Assembly (NCBI GenBank): GCA_963720545.1 | Contig: OY970399.1 | Location: 992,001 to 1,056,000, forward strand | Origin: an uncultured Acidobacteriota bacterium | Lineage (GTDB): Bacteria > Acidobacteriota > Vicinamibacteria > Fen-336 | Length of the DNA: 64,000 nt | Direction of reading: 5' to 3' | Shown here: positions 1 through 8,889 of the stretch, piece by piece | Numbering within the stretch: the first letter of the stretch is position 1 | Layout: each line of letters begins with the position of its first letter | Notes under the pieces: generated by a model | Seen by the model: the letters and a program-made list of their open reading frames with translations, nothing else | Database searches by the model: none | Told to the model about the DNA's origin: nothing | Made by a program: the position numbers and the translations under genes

Positions 1-415
1 CGCGCGCGGCATGGGTGCCGATGCCGGCGAAGGCCTTCGCCATCTCGTACCCCTCGAAAACCAGCTCACCGTCGGCGGCGAAGCGCTCGGAAAGCGCAGC
101 CGCAGCGACGGAATGCGTATGGCCGACGGCGCCGGCGCCCACGCCTGTCACGAGTGCCAGGTGGATCCGGGTCTCCGCGGAGGGGACGATACCGCTGCCG
201 CCGATGCCCGCGCCCTGGTCATCGACCACCACGAAGTCCGCTGCCGTCAAGGCGCCCTTGTCGGCGCCGCTGCGGGTCACGACGAGTTGCAGCGGGTCGC
301 GGCCGACGACAGCGCTGAAGTTGCCGCTGGTCGCACGGTTCAGTCCCTGCGCGGCGCACCGCCGCGCCCACTCGATGAGCGCCGCGATTTCGCCACCAGC
401 CTGCGGCGGCATCAT
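1..415 (-). CDS. mtnB: Methylthioribulose-1-phosphate dehydratase-like (class II aldolase/adducin family), 3'-truncated by window edge
   Basis: Not in the ORF track; translated by hand from ATG at 415 (ATGA overlap with kbl stop): MMPPQAGGEIAALIEWARRCAAQGLNRATSGNFSA...TRSGADKG...PSAETRIH...HTHS...EGYEMAKAF. The ATSGN, SGxDKG, PSAET and HTHS motifs are typical of MtnB. Confidence 0.8.
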   Translation of the reverse strand, partial: MMPPQAGGEIAALIEWARRCAAQGLNRATSGNFSAVVGRDPLQLVVTRSGADKGALTAADFVVVDDQGAGIGGSGIVPSAETRIHLALVTGVGAGAVGHTHSVAAAALSERFAADGELVFEGYEMAKAFAGIGTHAAR

Positions 416-1626
416 CGGGCGGAGAGCACCTGAAGCGAACGGCCAACGCGGGTGAACGCCGCGACCGCCGCCTCGATGTGCTCGACCGTGTGCCCCGCCG
501 AGATCTGCACACGGATCCGCGCGCGGCCCTTCGGCACCACCGGAAAGAAGAAGCCCTTCACGTAGACACCCTCGTCGAGCAGGGCGCGCGCGAACTTCTG
601 CGCGAGCGGTGCGTCATCGGGAGCGAACCTGGAGAACATGATGGGCACGATCGGGTGGACGCCGGGGCGAATGTCGAAGCCGGCCGCCGTCATGCGCTCG
701 CGGAAGAGGCGCGTGTTCGACTCGAGCCGGTCGCGCAGCTCCGTGGTGCCCGACAGCAGCGCCAGAGCCGCGCGGGTCGCGCCGGCAACCACCGGCGGCA
801 GCGAGTTGGAGAAGAGGTAAGGGCGGCTGCGCTGCCGCAGCATCTCGATCACTTCCCTGCGGCCCGCGGTGCAGCCGCCGGCGGCGCCGCCGAGCGCCTT
901 GCCGAAGGTGGTGGTGATGATGTCGACGCGGCCCGCAACCCCGCAGTGCTCGGGCGTGCCGCGGCCGGTCTTGCCCATGAAACCGGTGGCATGGGAGTCG
1001 TCCACCATCACCATCGCCTTGTACTTGTCGGCGAGGTCGCAGATCTCGGCGAGCGGCGCCACGTGTCCGTCCATCGAGAAGACGCCGTCAGTGACGATCA
1101 GGCGAAAGCGCTGCGCCTGCGCCTCCTGCAATTTCTTCTCGAGATCCGCCATGTCGGCGTTCTCGTAGACGTAGCGCTTCGCCTTGCACAACCGCACGCC
1201 GTCGATGATCGAGGCGTGATTGAGCTTGTCGGTGAGGATCGCATCGGCGTCGCCGAGCAACGGTTCGAAGACGCCGCCGTTCGCGTCGAAGCAGGCCACG
1301 TAGAGGATGGCGTCGTCCATGCCGAGAAACGCCGCGGCACTCGCCTCGAGGTCCTTGTGCAGCTGCTGCGTGCCGCAGATGAAGCGCACGCTGGAAAGGC
1401 CGTAACCCCATTCGTCGAGCGTCTGGTGCGCGGCTTGCAGCAGCTGCGGGTGCGAGGACAGCCCGAGATAGTTGTTGGCGCAGAAGTTGAGCACCTCCTG
1501 CTCGCGGCCGGCGACGCGGATCTTCGGCCCCTGCGGCCCGAGGATCGGCCACTCCTCCTTGTACAGTCCCTGGGCCTTGACCTGTTCGATCTCGCCCGCC
1601 AGGTGTCGCGCAAAGTCGCTGTCCAT
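412..1626 (-). CDS. kbl: Glycine C-acetyltransferase (2-amino-3-ketobutyrate CoA ligase)
   Basis: NFCANNYLGL, SVRFICGT, LNHASIIDG, DDSHATG, TFGKALGGA and RPYLFSN motifs. Confidence 0.93.
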   Translation of the reverse strand: MDSDFARHLAGEIEQVKAQGLYKEEWPILGPQGPKIRVAGREQEVLNFCANNYLGLSSHPQLLQAAHQTLDEWGYGLSSVRFICGTQQLHKDLEASAAAFLGMDDAILYVACFDANGGVFEPLLGDADAILTDKLNHASIIDGVRLCKAKRYVYENADMADLEKKLQEAQAQRFRLIVTDGVFSMDGHVAPLAEICDLADKYKAMVMVDDSHATGFMGKTGRGTPEHCGVAGRVDIITTTFGKALGGAAGGCTAGRREVIEMLRQRSRPYLFSNSLPPVVAGATRAALALLSGTTELRDRLESNTRLFRERMTAAGFDIRPGVHPIVPIMFSRFAPDDAPLAQKFARALLDEGVYVKGFFFPVVPKGRARIRVQISAGHTVEHIEAAVAAFTRVGRSLQVLSAR

Positions 1627-1652
1627 CGCGGAATTCTACGGCGGGCGCTTAC

Positions 1653-1698
1653 CCCTTGCTTACCGAGGGAAGGCTCGCTATGCTTCTCACGGTAACCG
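1653..1698 (+). promoter_or_regulatory. Putative sigma70 promoter of padR with candidate operators
   Basis: TTGCTT (1656-1661), 17 nt, TATGCT (1679-1684). Imperfect inverted repeat CCCTTG-N5-CGAGGG (1653-1669) over the -35, and CGGT-A-ACCG (1690-1698). Confidence 0.45.
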
Positions 1699-1700
1699 AT

Positions 1701-2036
1701 ATGAGCAAACCGAGCGACCTCGTCCAGGGCACCCTCGACCTGCTGCTGCTGAAGATCCTGGCGCTCGAGCCCCTGCACGGCTGGGCCATCAGCCTGCGCC
1801 TGCGCTCGATCTCGAACGACGTGCTGCAGGTGAGCGAAGGCTCCCTCTACCCTGCCCTGCACAAGCTGGAGCAGGAAGGCTGGATCGCGGCCGAGTGGAA
1901 ACAGACCGAGAACAACCGCCGCGCCAAGTTCTATTCGCTCACGCGCGCGGGCCGCAAGCAGCTCGACACCGAGGCCGCCAACTGGCAGCGCCTCTCGAGC
2001 GCCATCTCGCAGGTGGTGCGGCTGTCGGAGACCTAG
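1701..2036 (+). CDS. PadR-family transcriptional regulator (acidobacterial type)
   Basis: MSKPSDLVQGTLDLLLLKIL...LHGWAI...EGSLYPALHKLEQEGWI...ENNRRAKFYSLT. Confidence 0.92.
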   Translation: MSKPSDLVQGTLDLLLLKILALEPLHGWAISLRLRSISNDVLQVSEGSLYPALHKLEQEGWIAAEWKQTENNRRAKFYSLTRAGRKQLDTEAANWQRLSSAISQVVRLSET

Positions 2037-2040
2037 CCGT

Positions 2041-3915
2041 TCACCGGTAACCCGCCGCCTGCAGCTCGAAGAGCTCGGAATAGCGGCGGCCGGCGGCCAG
2101 CAGCTCTTCGTGGGTGCCGACCTCCTCGATCTCGCCTTCGTGCAGCACCAGGATGCGGTCGGCCATGCGCACCGTCGAGAAGCGGTGCGAGATGAGCACC
2201 GCGGTCTTGGCTTCGCTCAGGTCCTTGAAGCGCTGGAACACTTCGTATTCCGAGCGCGCGTCGAGCGCCGCGGTGGGCTCGTCGAGTATCAGGAGCTGCG
2301 CGTCGCGCATGTAGGCGCGGGCTATGGCGACCTTCTGCCATTCGCCGCCCGAAAGGTCGACGCCCTTGCGGAAGCGCTTGCCGATGACCTGCTGGTAGCG
2401 GTCCGGCAGCTTCTCGATCACCTCGTTGGCCAGGCTGCGCGCGGCGGCTTCCCGGATGCGCGACTGGTCGTCGCGCGCCTCGATGCGGCCGACGGCGATG
2501 TTCTCGCCGGCCGTCATGTGATAGCGCACGAAGTCCTGGAAGATGACGCCGACGTTGGCGCGCAGGTCGTCGAGGCTGTACTCGCGCAGGTCGTGGCCGT
2601 CCAGCAGGATGCGCCCCTCATCGGGATCGTAGAGCCGCGCCAGCAGCTTCACGAGCGTCGTCTTGCCGGCGCCGTTCTCGCCCACCAGCGCCAGCACCTC
2701 GCCGGCGCGCAGCGAGAAGCTCAGGTTGCGGTTGGCCCAGCGCTCGGCGCCGGGATAGCGAAAGCCGACGTTTTCAAAGACGACGCCTTCGCGCATCGGC
2801 CGCGGGAACGGCCGCGGCTTGTCGGGCGAGCGGATTTCCGGCTTGATCTCGAAGAACGAGAACAGGTCGTCGAGATAGAGCGACTGGCCCGCGACCGAGG
2901 AAAACCCGCCGAGGAACGCCTCGAGCAGCTGGCGCAGGCGGCGGAACGAGCCGGCGAGAAACGTCAGGTCGCCGATGGTGAAGGCGCCGCCGATGGTGCG
3001 CAGGGCGATGTAGACGTACGCGGCGTAGTAGCCCGCGGTGCCGATGGTCGTGAGGATCGCACCCCAGAAGGCGCGCTGTTGCGCGAGCTTGCGGTTGGCG
3101 GCGTAGAAGCGTGTCGCCAGTTCCCAGTAGCGCGCGATCAGGAACGACGACAGGCCGAAGATCTTCACTTCCTTCGCGGTCTCGACGCTGGCGCCCGCCT
3201 GGCGCAGGTAGTCGAGCTCGCGGCGCTCCGGCGTCCACAGGAACGCGAGCGAGTAACTGCGGGCGTTGAAGTGCGCCTCGCCGATGAACGCGGGCACCAG
3301 CGCCAGCGCCATCAGGCCGATGAGCCACGGCGCGTAGATCGCCATCGACGCCGCGAACGTGAGGATGGTGACGAAGTCCTGAGCGTAGCCGAACACCTGG
3401 CCGAGGAGCGCCGTGCGTCCCGAGGTCTGGCGGCGCGCGCGCTCGAGTCGGTCCTGGGTGTCGCTGTCCTCGAAGTCCTCGAGGTCGAGCGTGGCGGCGT
3501 GCTCCATGAGGCGGATGCTCATGCTGTTGCTGACGCGCTCGGAGAGCAGCGCATCCATGAGACCGACGGTGCGCCCGAAGACGTCGGACGCGATCGCCAG
3601 CCCGAACTCGGCGCCGAGCAGCCACCACAGGTGCCGCGGCACCGCGGCCGAGCCGCCGGCGGTGAGCAGGTGCGCGACCTCGTCGATAATGAGCTTGCCG
3701 ACGTAGAGGGTTGCGACCGGCAGGAAGGCGCGAATGAGGCGCAGGAACAGGACGCCGGCCGTGAGCGACGGGCTGGTCCGCCAGACGAGCAGCAGGAAGG
3801 CCGGCAGGTTGCGCATGGCGCCGAGGCGCTCGCGCAGGGTCTTGGGCGGCGTCAGTCCGTCACGCCGGGCCGAGCCTTCCTGGAAGCCTGGCCGGATACG
3901 ATCGCCACGAGCCAC
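2041..3915 (-). CDS. ABC exporter, fused permease/ATP-binding protein
   Basis: N-terminal TM region; GENGAGKT, LSGGEWQK and LILDEPT; GTG start supported by TAAGAT 6 nt upstream. Confidence 0.92.
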   Translation of the reverse strand: MARGDRIRPGFQEGSARRDGLTPPKTLRERLGAMRNLPAFLLLVWRTSPSLTAGVLFLRLIRAFLPVATLYVGKLIIDEVAHLLTAGGSAAVPRHLWWLLGAEFGLAIASDVFGRTVGLMDALLSERVSNSMSIRLMEHAATLDLEDFEDSDTQDRLERARRQTSGRTALLGQVFGYAQDFVTILTFAASMAIYAPWLIGLMALALVPAFIGEAHFNARSYSLAFLWTPERRELDYLRQAGASVETAKEVKIFGLSSFLIARYWELATRFYAANRKLAQQRAFWGAILTTIGTAGYYAAYVYIALRTIGGAFTIGDLTFLAGSFRRLRQLLEAFLGGFSSVAGQSLYLDDLFSFFEIKPEIRSPDKPRPFPRPMREGVVFENVGFRYPGAERWANRNLSFSLRAGEVLALVGENGAGKTTLVKLLARLYDPDEGRILLDGHDLREYSLDDLRANVGVIFQDFVRYHMTAGENIAVGRIEARDDQSRIREAAARSLANEVIEKLPDRYQQVIGKRFRKGVDLSGGEWQKVAIARAYMRDAQLLILDEPTAALDARSEYEVFQRFKDLSEAKTAVLISHRFSTVRMADRILVLHEGEIEEVGTHEELLAAGRRYSELFELQAAGYR

Positions 3916-3939
3916 GCCGCGATCTTAACGGAGACAGCG

Positions 3940-4911
3940 ATGACCATTCTGCCGAAGGCACCCCTTGCTCTGATGGCCGCCGTGCTGTTCGCCGCATCGG
4001 CAGCCGCTGCCGCGGAACGCCAGGTGGCGGTGACCTTCGACGACCTGCCGGGTCCCGCGGCAGGACTCGTCTCACCAGATGCGGCATTCGTCTGCGACAA
4101 CACGCGCAAGCTGCTCGCCGCCTTCAAGGCGCACGGCGTGCCGGTCGTCGGCTTCGTCAACGAGAACAAGCTGAACCGCCCGGGCGAGACGGCTGAGGAC
4201 GCGGCGCTGCGCCTCGCGACGCTCGACCTGTGGCTCGACGCCGGCCTCGAGCTCGGCAACCACTCCTTCTCGCACCGCAGCCTCAACCGCACCCCTCTCG
4301 AGGAGTTCGAGGCCGACGTGGTGCGCGGCGAGACCGCCACCAAAGAGTTGCTCGCTCGCCGCGGCAAGACGCTGCGCTACTTCCGCCATCCGTTCCTGCA
4401 GGTGGGGCTCGACCTCGACAAGCGGCGCGCCTTCGAGGCGTTCCTGAAGGTGCGCGGCTACACCATCGCTCCCGTGACCATGGACAACGACGAGTACATG
4501 TACGCGTTCGTCTACGCCGACGCGCTGCGGCGCAAGGACGCGGCGCTTGCGGGAAAGGTCGCCGCCGATTACCTGCGCTACATGGACGAGACGTTTGCCT
4601 ACGCGGAGGCACTGGCGCAAAGTGTCGTTGGCCGCGACATCTGCCACACCCTGCTGCTGCACGCGAACACGCTGAACGCCGACCACTTCGGTGCGCTCGC
4701 CGATGTGCTCCAGAAGCGCGGCTACAAGTTCATCACCCTCGAGGAGGCGCTGAAGGACGGCGCCTATGCCCTGCCGGACGCGTACGTCGGCGGCTGGGGC
4801 GTCTCCTGGCTGACCCACTGGGAGCTGAGCGCCGGCCGGAAGCGCACGCCCGCGCCCGATCCGCCGCAGTGGCTCCTCAAGGCCTACGAATCGCTTAGCA
4901 TTTCGCAATGA
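3940..4911 (+). CDS. Secreted polysaccharide deacetylase family protein
   Basis: Signal peptide from ATG 3940; VAVTFDDLP, LGNHSFSH, FRHPFL and LLLH motifs. The real gene is only the 3' part of the 933-aa track ORF. Confidence 0.85.
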   Translation: MTILPKAPLALMAAVLFAASAAAAAERQVAVTFDDLPGPAAGLVSPDAAFVCDNTRKLLAAFKAHGVPVVGFVNENKLNRPGETAEDAALRLATLDLWLDAGLELGNHSFSHRSLNRTPLEEFEADVVRGETATKELLARRGKTLRYFRHPFLQVGLDLDKRRAFEAFLKVRGYTIAPVTMDNDEYMYAFVYADALRRKDAALAGKVAADYLRYMDETFAYAEALAQSVVGRDICHTLLLHANTLNADHFGALADVLQKRGYKFITLEEALKDGAYALPDAYVGGWGVSWLTHWELSAGRKRTPAPDPPQWLLKAYESLSISQ

Positions 4912-5501
4912 GCGATCCTCTCAGGCGGCGTGTCGTGGTGGGCCTCACCGGCGCCACCGGAGCCGTCTACGGCGTGCGGATCCTCGAGTCGCTGCGCGCC
5001 ATGGACTCGGTCGAGACCCATCTCGTCCTCAGCATGCCGGCGAAGCGCACGCTGGTGGAGGAAACCGACTACACCGTTCGCGACGTCGAGGAGCTGGCGG
5101 ATGTCGTCTACGACAACCGCGACATCGGCGCCGCCATCGCCAGCGGTTCGCTGCGGACCGCGGGCATGGTCATAGCACCGTGCAGCATCAAGACGGCATC
5201 GTGCCTTGCCACCGGCATCACCGACAACCTCATCACCCGGGCCGGCGACGTGGCGCTCAAGGAGCGCCGGCCGCTGGTGGTGCTGGTGCGCGAGTCGCCG
5301 CTGCACCTCGGCCACCTGCGCCAGCTCGCGGCGCTCGCCGAGATCGGCGCCGTCATCCTGCCGCCCATGCCCGCCTTCTACCCGCGCCCGAAGTCGGTGG
5401 ACGACCTCGTCAACCACACCGTGGGCCGCGCCCTCGACCACCTCGGCCTCGACCACGATCTCGTCCCCGAGTGGTCCGGCACCGGCCGGTTCCCGAAATA
5501 G
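4908..5501 (+). CDS. ubiX: Flavin prenyltransferase UbiX
   Basis: VGLTGATGA, IASGS, APCSIKT, LKERRPLV, RESPL and PPMPAFY. Confidence 0.93.
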   Translation: MSDPLRRRVVVGLTGATGAVYGVRILESLRAMDSVETHLVLSMPAKRTLVEETDYTVRDVEELADVVYDNRDIGAAIASGSLRTAGMVIAPCSIKTASCLATGITDNLITRAGDVALKERRPLVVLVRESPLHLGHLRQLAALAEIGAVILPPMPAFYPRPKSVDDLVNHTVGRALDHLGLDHDLVPEWSGTGRFPK

Positions 5502-5894
5502 TCATCGACGGATTGGCGGTCGTTCGCATCCAATCCGTCGATTCCTTTCTTGTCTTTCCCCAGGCGCTTGCGTCCGCCATCGACGGATTGGCTTTCCGTC
5601 TCCGTCCAATCCGTCGATTTCCTTTCCTTTCGTTCCCCAGGCGCTTGCGTCAATGTCCGTTCGTTGTCCGTCCCCCCAGGCGCTTGCGTCAGCGTCCGCT
5701 GCCACAGTGGCGTGCAACTCAATTGCTGCCCCGCAAGTAGCGCGGACTAAAGCCACGGGGTTTTACTCGGCGGGTTCTTCGGGCCAGCGGCAATCGCAAG
5801 GAGCCTCGGAACTTCGGGCTGACGCAAGCGCCTGGGAAACGGAAGAACGGAAATCGACGGATTGGACATGAACGACCGCCAATCCGTCGATGAC
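5501..5894. repeat. Modular intergenic repeat locus 1, with about 75-bp imperfect terminal inverted repeats
   Basis: Three ATCGACGGATTGG-N13/14-CCAATCCGTCGAT hairpins (5504-5542, 5579-5618, 5853-5891); CCCCAGGCGCTTGCGTC at 5558, 5635 and 5674, inverted at 5821-5836. Confidence 0.92.
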
Positions 5895-5895
5895 G

Positions 5896-7287
5896 TCAGG
5901 CTACCTCGGCGTGCGGCAACGCCGGGGTATCGCGGTCGTCGGGGGCCAGCTGCCAGAAGATGAGCGCGGACGCGGCGGTGATCAGGCCGACGCTCAGGAA
6001 ACTCCACTGGAAGGACGGCAGAGCGGCGAGGCCGGCCTCATGGCCGGTGCCGGTGAAGATCGCGAGCAGCAAGCTCGAGCAGGCGACGCCGAGGCTCATG
6101 GAGAGGGTCATCACCATCGACAGCAGGCTGTTGCCAGCACTTGCGTGCTGGGTGTCGAGGTCCTTGAGGGTCACGGTGTTCATGGCCGTGAACTGCAGCG
6201 AGTTGAAGGCGCCGAACAGCGAGAACTGGGCGATCCGGAGCCACTCCGCCTGGCCCGGTGAGATGAAGACGAAGCTCGCCATCGACAGGCCGACGAGCAC
6301 CGTGTTGCCCACCAGCACCTTGCGGTAGCCGAGCCGGGTGACGAGCGGCACCGCCAGCTGGCGCGCCAGCAGGCCGGCGATCGCCACGGGAATCATCGCC
6401 ATTCCCGATTGCAGCGCGTCGTAGCCGAGGCTCACCTGCAGCACCAGCGGGATGAGGAACGGCATGCCGCCGGTGCCGAGCCGCGAGAACAGGTTGCCGA
6501 GGATGCCGACGCGGAAGGTGTGGTTCGCGAACAAGCCCGGCGGGAACAGCGGATGCGGCACGCGCGTCGCGTGCAGCCAGTAGGCGACGAAGGTGGCCAT
6601 GCCGAAGATGAACATCACCAGGATGGTGGCGCGGCGCAGGCTCAGTTCGGCAAGGCCGTCGAGCGCCAGCGACACCGCCATCATGGTGAACGCGAGCATC
6701 AGGTAGCCGATCGCATCGAAGCGCGCCACCTTCAGCCGCGAGTCTTCCATGTACAGGAACGTCGCCGCGATGGCCGCCAGGCCCACCGGGATGTTGATGA
6801 GGAAGATCCAGTGCCATGACGCCACCGCCACCAGCCATCCGCCGAGCGGCGGGCCGACCAGCGGGCCGATGAGGCCCGGGATCGTCACGATCGTCATGGC
6901 GCGCAGGAACTCGCTGCGCGGCACCACGCGTATCAGCGCCAGCCGGCCCACCGGCATGAGCATCGCGCCGCCGATGCCCTGCAGCGCGCGCGACGCGACC
7001 AGCGCGCCGAGGGTCGTGGAACGGGCGCAAAGGAACGAACCGGTGGTGAACACTATGATCGCGCCGAGGAACGCCTTGCGGGTGCCGAAACGGTCGGCGA
7101 TCCAGCCCGAGGCGGGAATGACCATCGCCATCGCCAGGCCATAGGCGATGACCACCGCCTGCATGCGCAGCGGGCTCTCGCCCAGGTTGGCCGCGATCGC
7201 CGGCAGGGCGGTGTTGACGATGGTCGAGTCCAGCATCTGCATGAACGCGGCCACGGCCACGAGGCCCATCAAGGAGCGGTGTTTCAC
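5896..7287 (-). CDS. DHA2-family MFS efflux transporter (MdtD/EmrB-like)
   Basis: FMQMLDSTIVNTALP, GWIADRFG, GPLVGPPLGG and WHWIFLINIPVG; about 14 TM segments. Confidence 0.9.
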   Translation of the reverse strand: MKHRSLMGLVAVAAFMQMLDSTIVNTALPAIAANLGESPLRMQAVVIAYGLAMAMVIPASGWIADRFGTRKAFLGAIIVFTTGSFLCARSTTLGALVASRALQGIGGAMLMPVGRLALIRVVPRSEFLRAMTIVTIPGLIGPLVGPPLGGWLVAVASWHWIFLINIPVGLAAIAATFLYMEDSRLKVARFDAIGYLMLAFTMMAVSLALDGLAELSLRRATILVMFIFGMATFVAYWLHATRVPHPLFPPGLFANHTFRVGILGNLFSRLGTGGMPFLIPLVLQVSLGYDALQSGMAMIPVAIAGLLARQLAVPLVTRLGYRKVLVGNTVLVGLSMASFVFISPGQAEWLRIAQFSLFGAFNSLQFTAMNTVTLKDLDTQHASAGNSLLSMVMTLSMSLGVACSSLLLAIFTGTGHEAGLAALPSFQWSFLSVGLITAASALIFWQLAPDDRDTPALPHAEVA

Positions 7288-7293
7288 GTCAGG

Positions 7294-7923
7294 TCACTTC
7301 ATCCAGGTCCGGCGGTTCGCGTAGTACTCCGGCTTGCGCCCGCCATGCGCCTGCTTGTAGGCGAGGTAACGGCGGCGCAGCGCGTGGTAACGGGAGTTGG
7401 ACATGCCGATCTTCTGGTGCGGATGGTAGATGAGCCACTGCTCCACCTTCCAGCGATTGTCGAGCGACAGGCGCCAGTCGTAACCGCCGAGGTCGCGCAG
7501 GTCGGCGAGACCGAACCCGACCACCCGGCCGGTCTCGTCCACGTACGTGTCCATGTAGCTCCTCGCGAGCGCCTTGACCGTGGCGAACAGCGGCCGGCGG
7601 CCGGTGAGCCCGGGATCGCGCGAGCGTGCCACGGCACCCCACTTGCCGCGCTCGCGGAAGACGTAGATGACGTGGTCGAGCCGGTCCTGCGACTGGAAGC
7701 TGACGAGCAGCGGCGGGTGGCCGTGCTGTTCCAGGATGGTGGCCGCGCTGAGCGCCGCTTCGAGGCAGTGAGCGGCGCCGTGGCGCACCACCTGGCGGAA
7801 GGCGCGCTGCGTCTCGCCACGCCTTTCCCAGTTGTACGGCAGCGCCGTGAGCCAGCGCTGCACCGCCCGCGGCGTGCGCAGCGCAGCGATGAGGCGGCGC
7901 TCCCGCGCTGTGAACGGCTTCAA
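7294..7923 (-). CDS. Hypothetical protein; transglutaminase-like/vasohibin-like cysteine protease candidate
   Basis: TTG start overlapping the SPFH stop (TTGA); VQRWLTALPYN, HCLEAA, DHVI and GKWGAVARSR motifs. Confidence 0.7.
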   Translation of the reverse strand: MKPFTARERRLIAALRTPRAVQRWLTALPYNWERRGETQRAFRQVVRHGAAHCLEAALSAATILEQHGHPPLLVSFQSQDRLDHVIYVFRERGKWGAVARSRDPGLTGRRPLFATVKALARSYMDTYVDETGRVVGFGLADLRDLGGYDWRLSLDNRWKVEQWLIYHPHQKIGMSNSRYHALRRRYLAYKQAHGGRKPEYYANRRTWMK

Positions 7924-8867
7924 CGCCGCGGCAGCGGCGGTGTCTCGGATCCCTTCTGGCTGATCACTGTCATGGCCGCGGAGATCATCGAGGTGATGTC
8001 GGTGAGGTTGGCGGGGACGATGAGCGTGTTGCCGGCCTTCGCGAGGTTGCCGAAGCGCTCGATGTACTGCTCGGCGACGCGCAGCTGCACCGCCTCGAAG
8101 CCGCCCGGCTGGCCGATCGCGGCCGCCACCAGGCGGATGCCCTCGGCGGTCGCCTTCGCCACCGCCTCGATCGCGTTGGCCTCGCCGTCGGCCTCGTTGA
8201 TCTGCTGCTGGCGCTTGGCTTCGGACGCCTTGATCACCTGCTGCTTCTGGCCCTCGGCGGTGTTGATGGCGGCGTCGCGCTCGCCTTCCGAGCTGAGGAT
8301 GAGCGCGCGCTTCTCGCGCTCGGCGCGCATCTGCTTTTCCATCGCGGCGATGATGTCCTGCGGCGGCGTGATGTTCTTGATCTCGTAGCGCAGCACCTTC
8401 ACGCCCCATGCTTCCGAGGCCTTGTCCACCTCGGTGACCACCTGGGTGTTGATGTGGGTACGCTCCTCGAAGGTGCGGTCGAGGTCGATCTTGCCGATCT
8501 CGCTGCGCAGCGTCGTCTGCGCCAGCTGGATGATGGCGAAGTTGTAGTTCGAGATGCCGTAGGAGGCGCGCTCGGCGTCCATGATCTTGAGGTACAGGAT
8601 GCCGTCGATGTGCACCGTGACGTTGTCGCGGGTGATGCAGACCTGCTCGGGAATGTCGATCGCCTGTTCCTTCAGCACGTGGCGGTAGCGCACCACGTCC
8701 ATGAATGGCACCAGGATGTGCAGGCCGGCGTCGAGCACGCCCGCGAAGCGGCCGAGCCGCTCCACCACGTAGGCATGCTGCTGCGGCACGACCACCACGG
8801 TGCGGAAGAAGGCCCAGAAGACGAACAGCGCCAGGATGATGGCTACGACCACGAAACCCTCGAACAT
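7920..8867 (-). CDS. SPFH/band 7 (stomatin-like, QmcA/YbbK-type) protein
   Basis: N-terminal TM, VVERLG, ITRDNV, QTTLRSEIG, WGVKVLRYEI and QMRAEREKRA. Confidence 0.92.
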   Translation of the reverse strand: MFEGFVVVAIILALFVFWAFFRTVVVVPQQHAYVVERLGRFAGVLDAGLHILVPFMDVVRYRHVLKEQAIDIPEQVCITRDNVTVHIDGILYLKIMDAERASYGISNYNFAIIQLAQTTLRSEIGKIDLDRTFEERTHINTQVVTEVDKASEAWGVKVLRYEIKNITPPQDIIAAMEKQMRAEREKRALILSSEGERDAAINTAEGQKQQVIKASEAKRQQQINEADGEANAIEAVAKATAEGIRLVAAAIGQPGGFEAVQLRVAEQYIERFGNLAKAGNTLIVPANLTDITSMISAAMTVISQKGSETPPLPRR

Positions 8868-8889
8868 GTCGTCTCCTCGCTCGCCGATG

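Noticed and set aside
2110..4911. 933-aa plus-strand ORF
   Set aside because: The 5' two-thirds is the antisense shadow of the ABC exporter; only 3940-4911 looks like a real gene.
5742..5775. GACTAAAGCCACGGGGTTTTAC resembles an IS200/IS605 end
   Set aside because: The hairpin is poor and there is no tnpA/tnpB remnant; too weak to call without a search.
5378..6007. Small ORFs across repeat locus 1 (and 40084-40371 across locus 3)
   Set aside because: They are translations of the repeat units with no RBS or coding signature.
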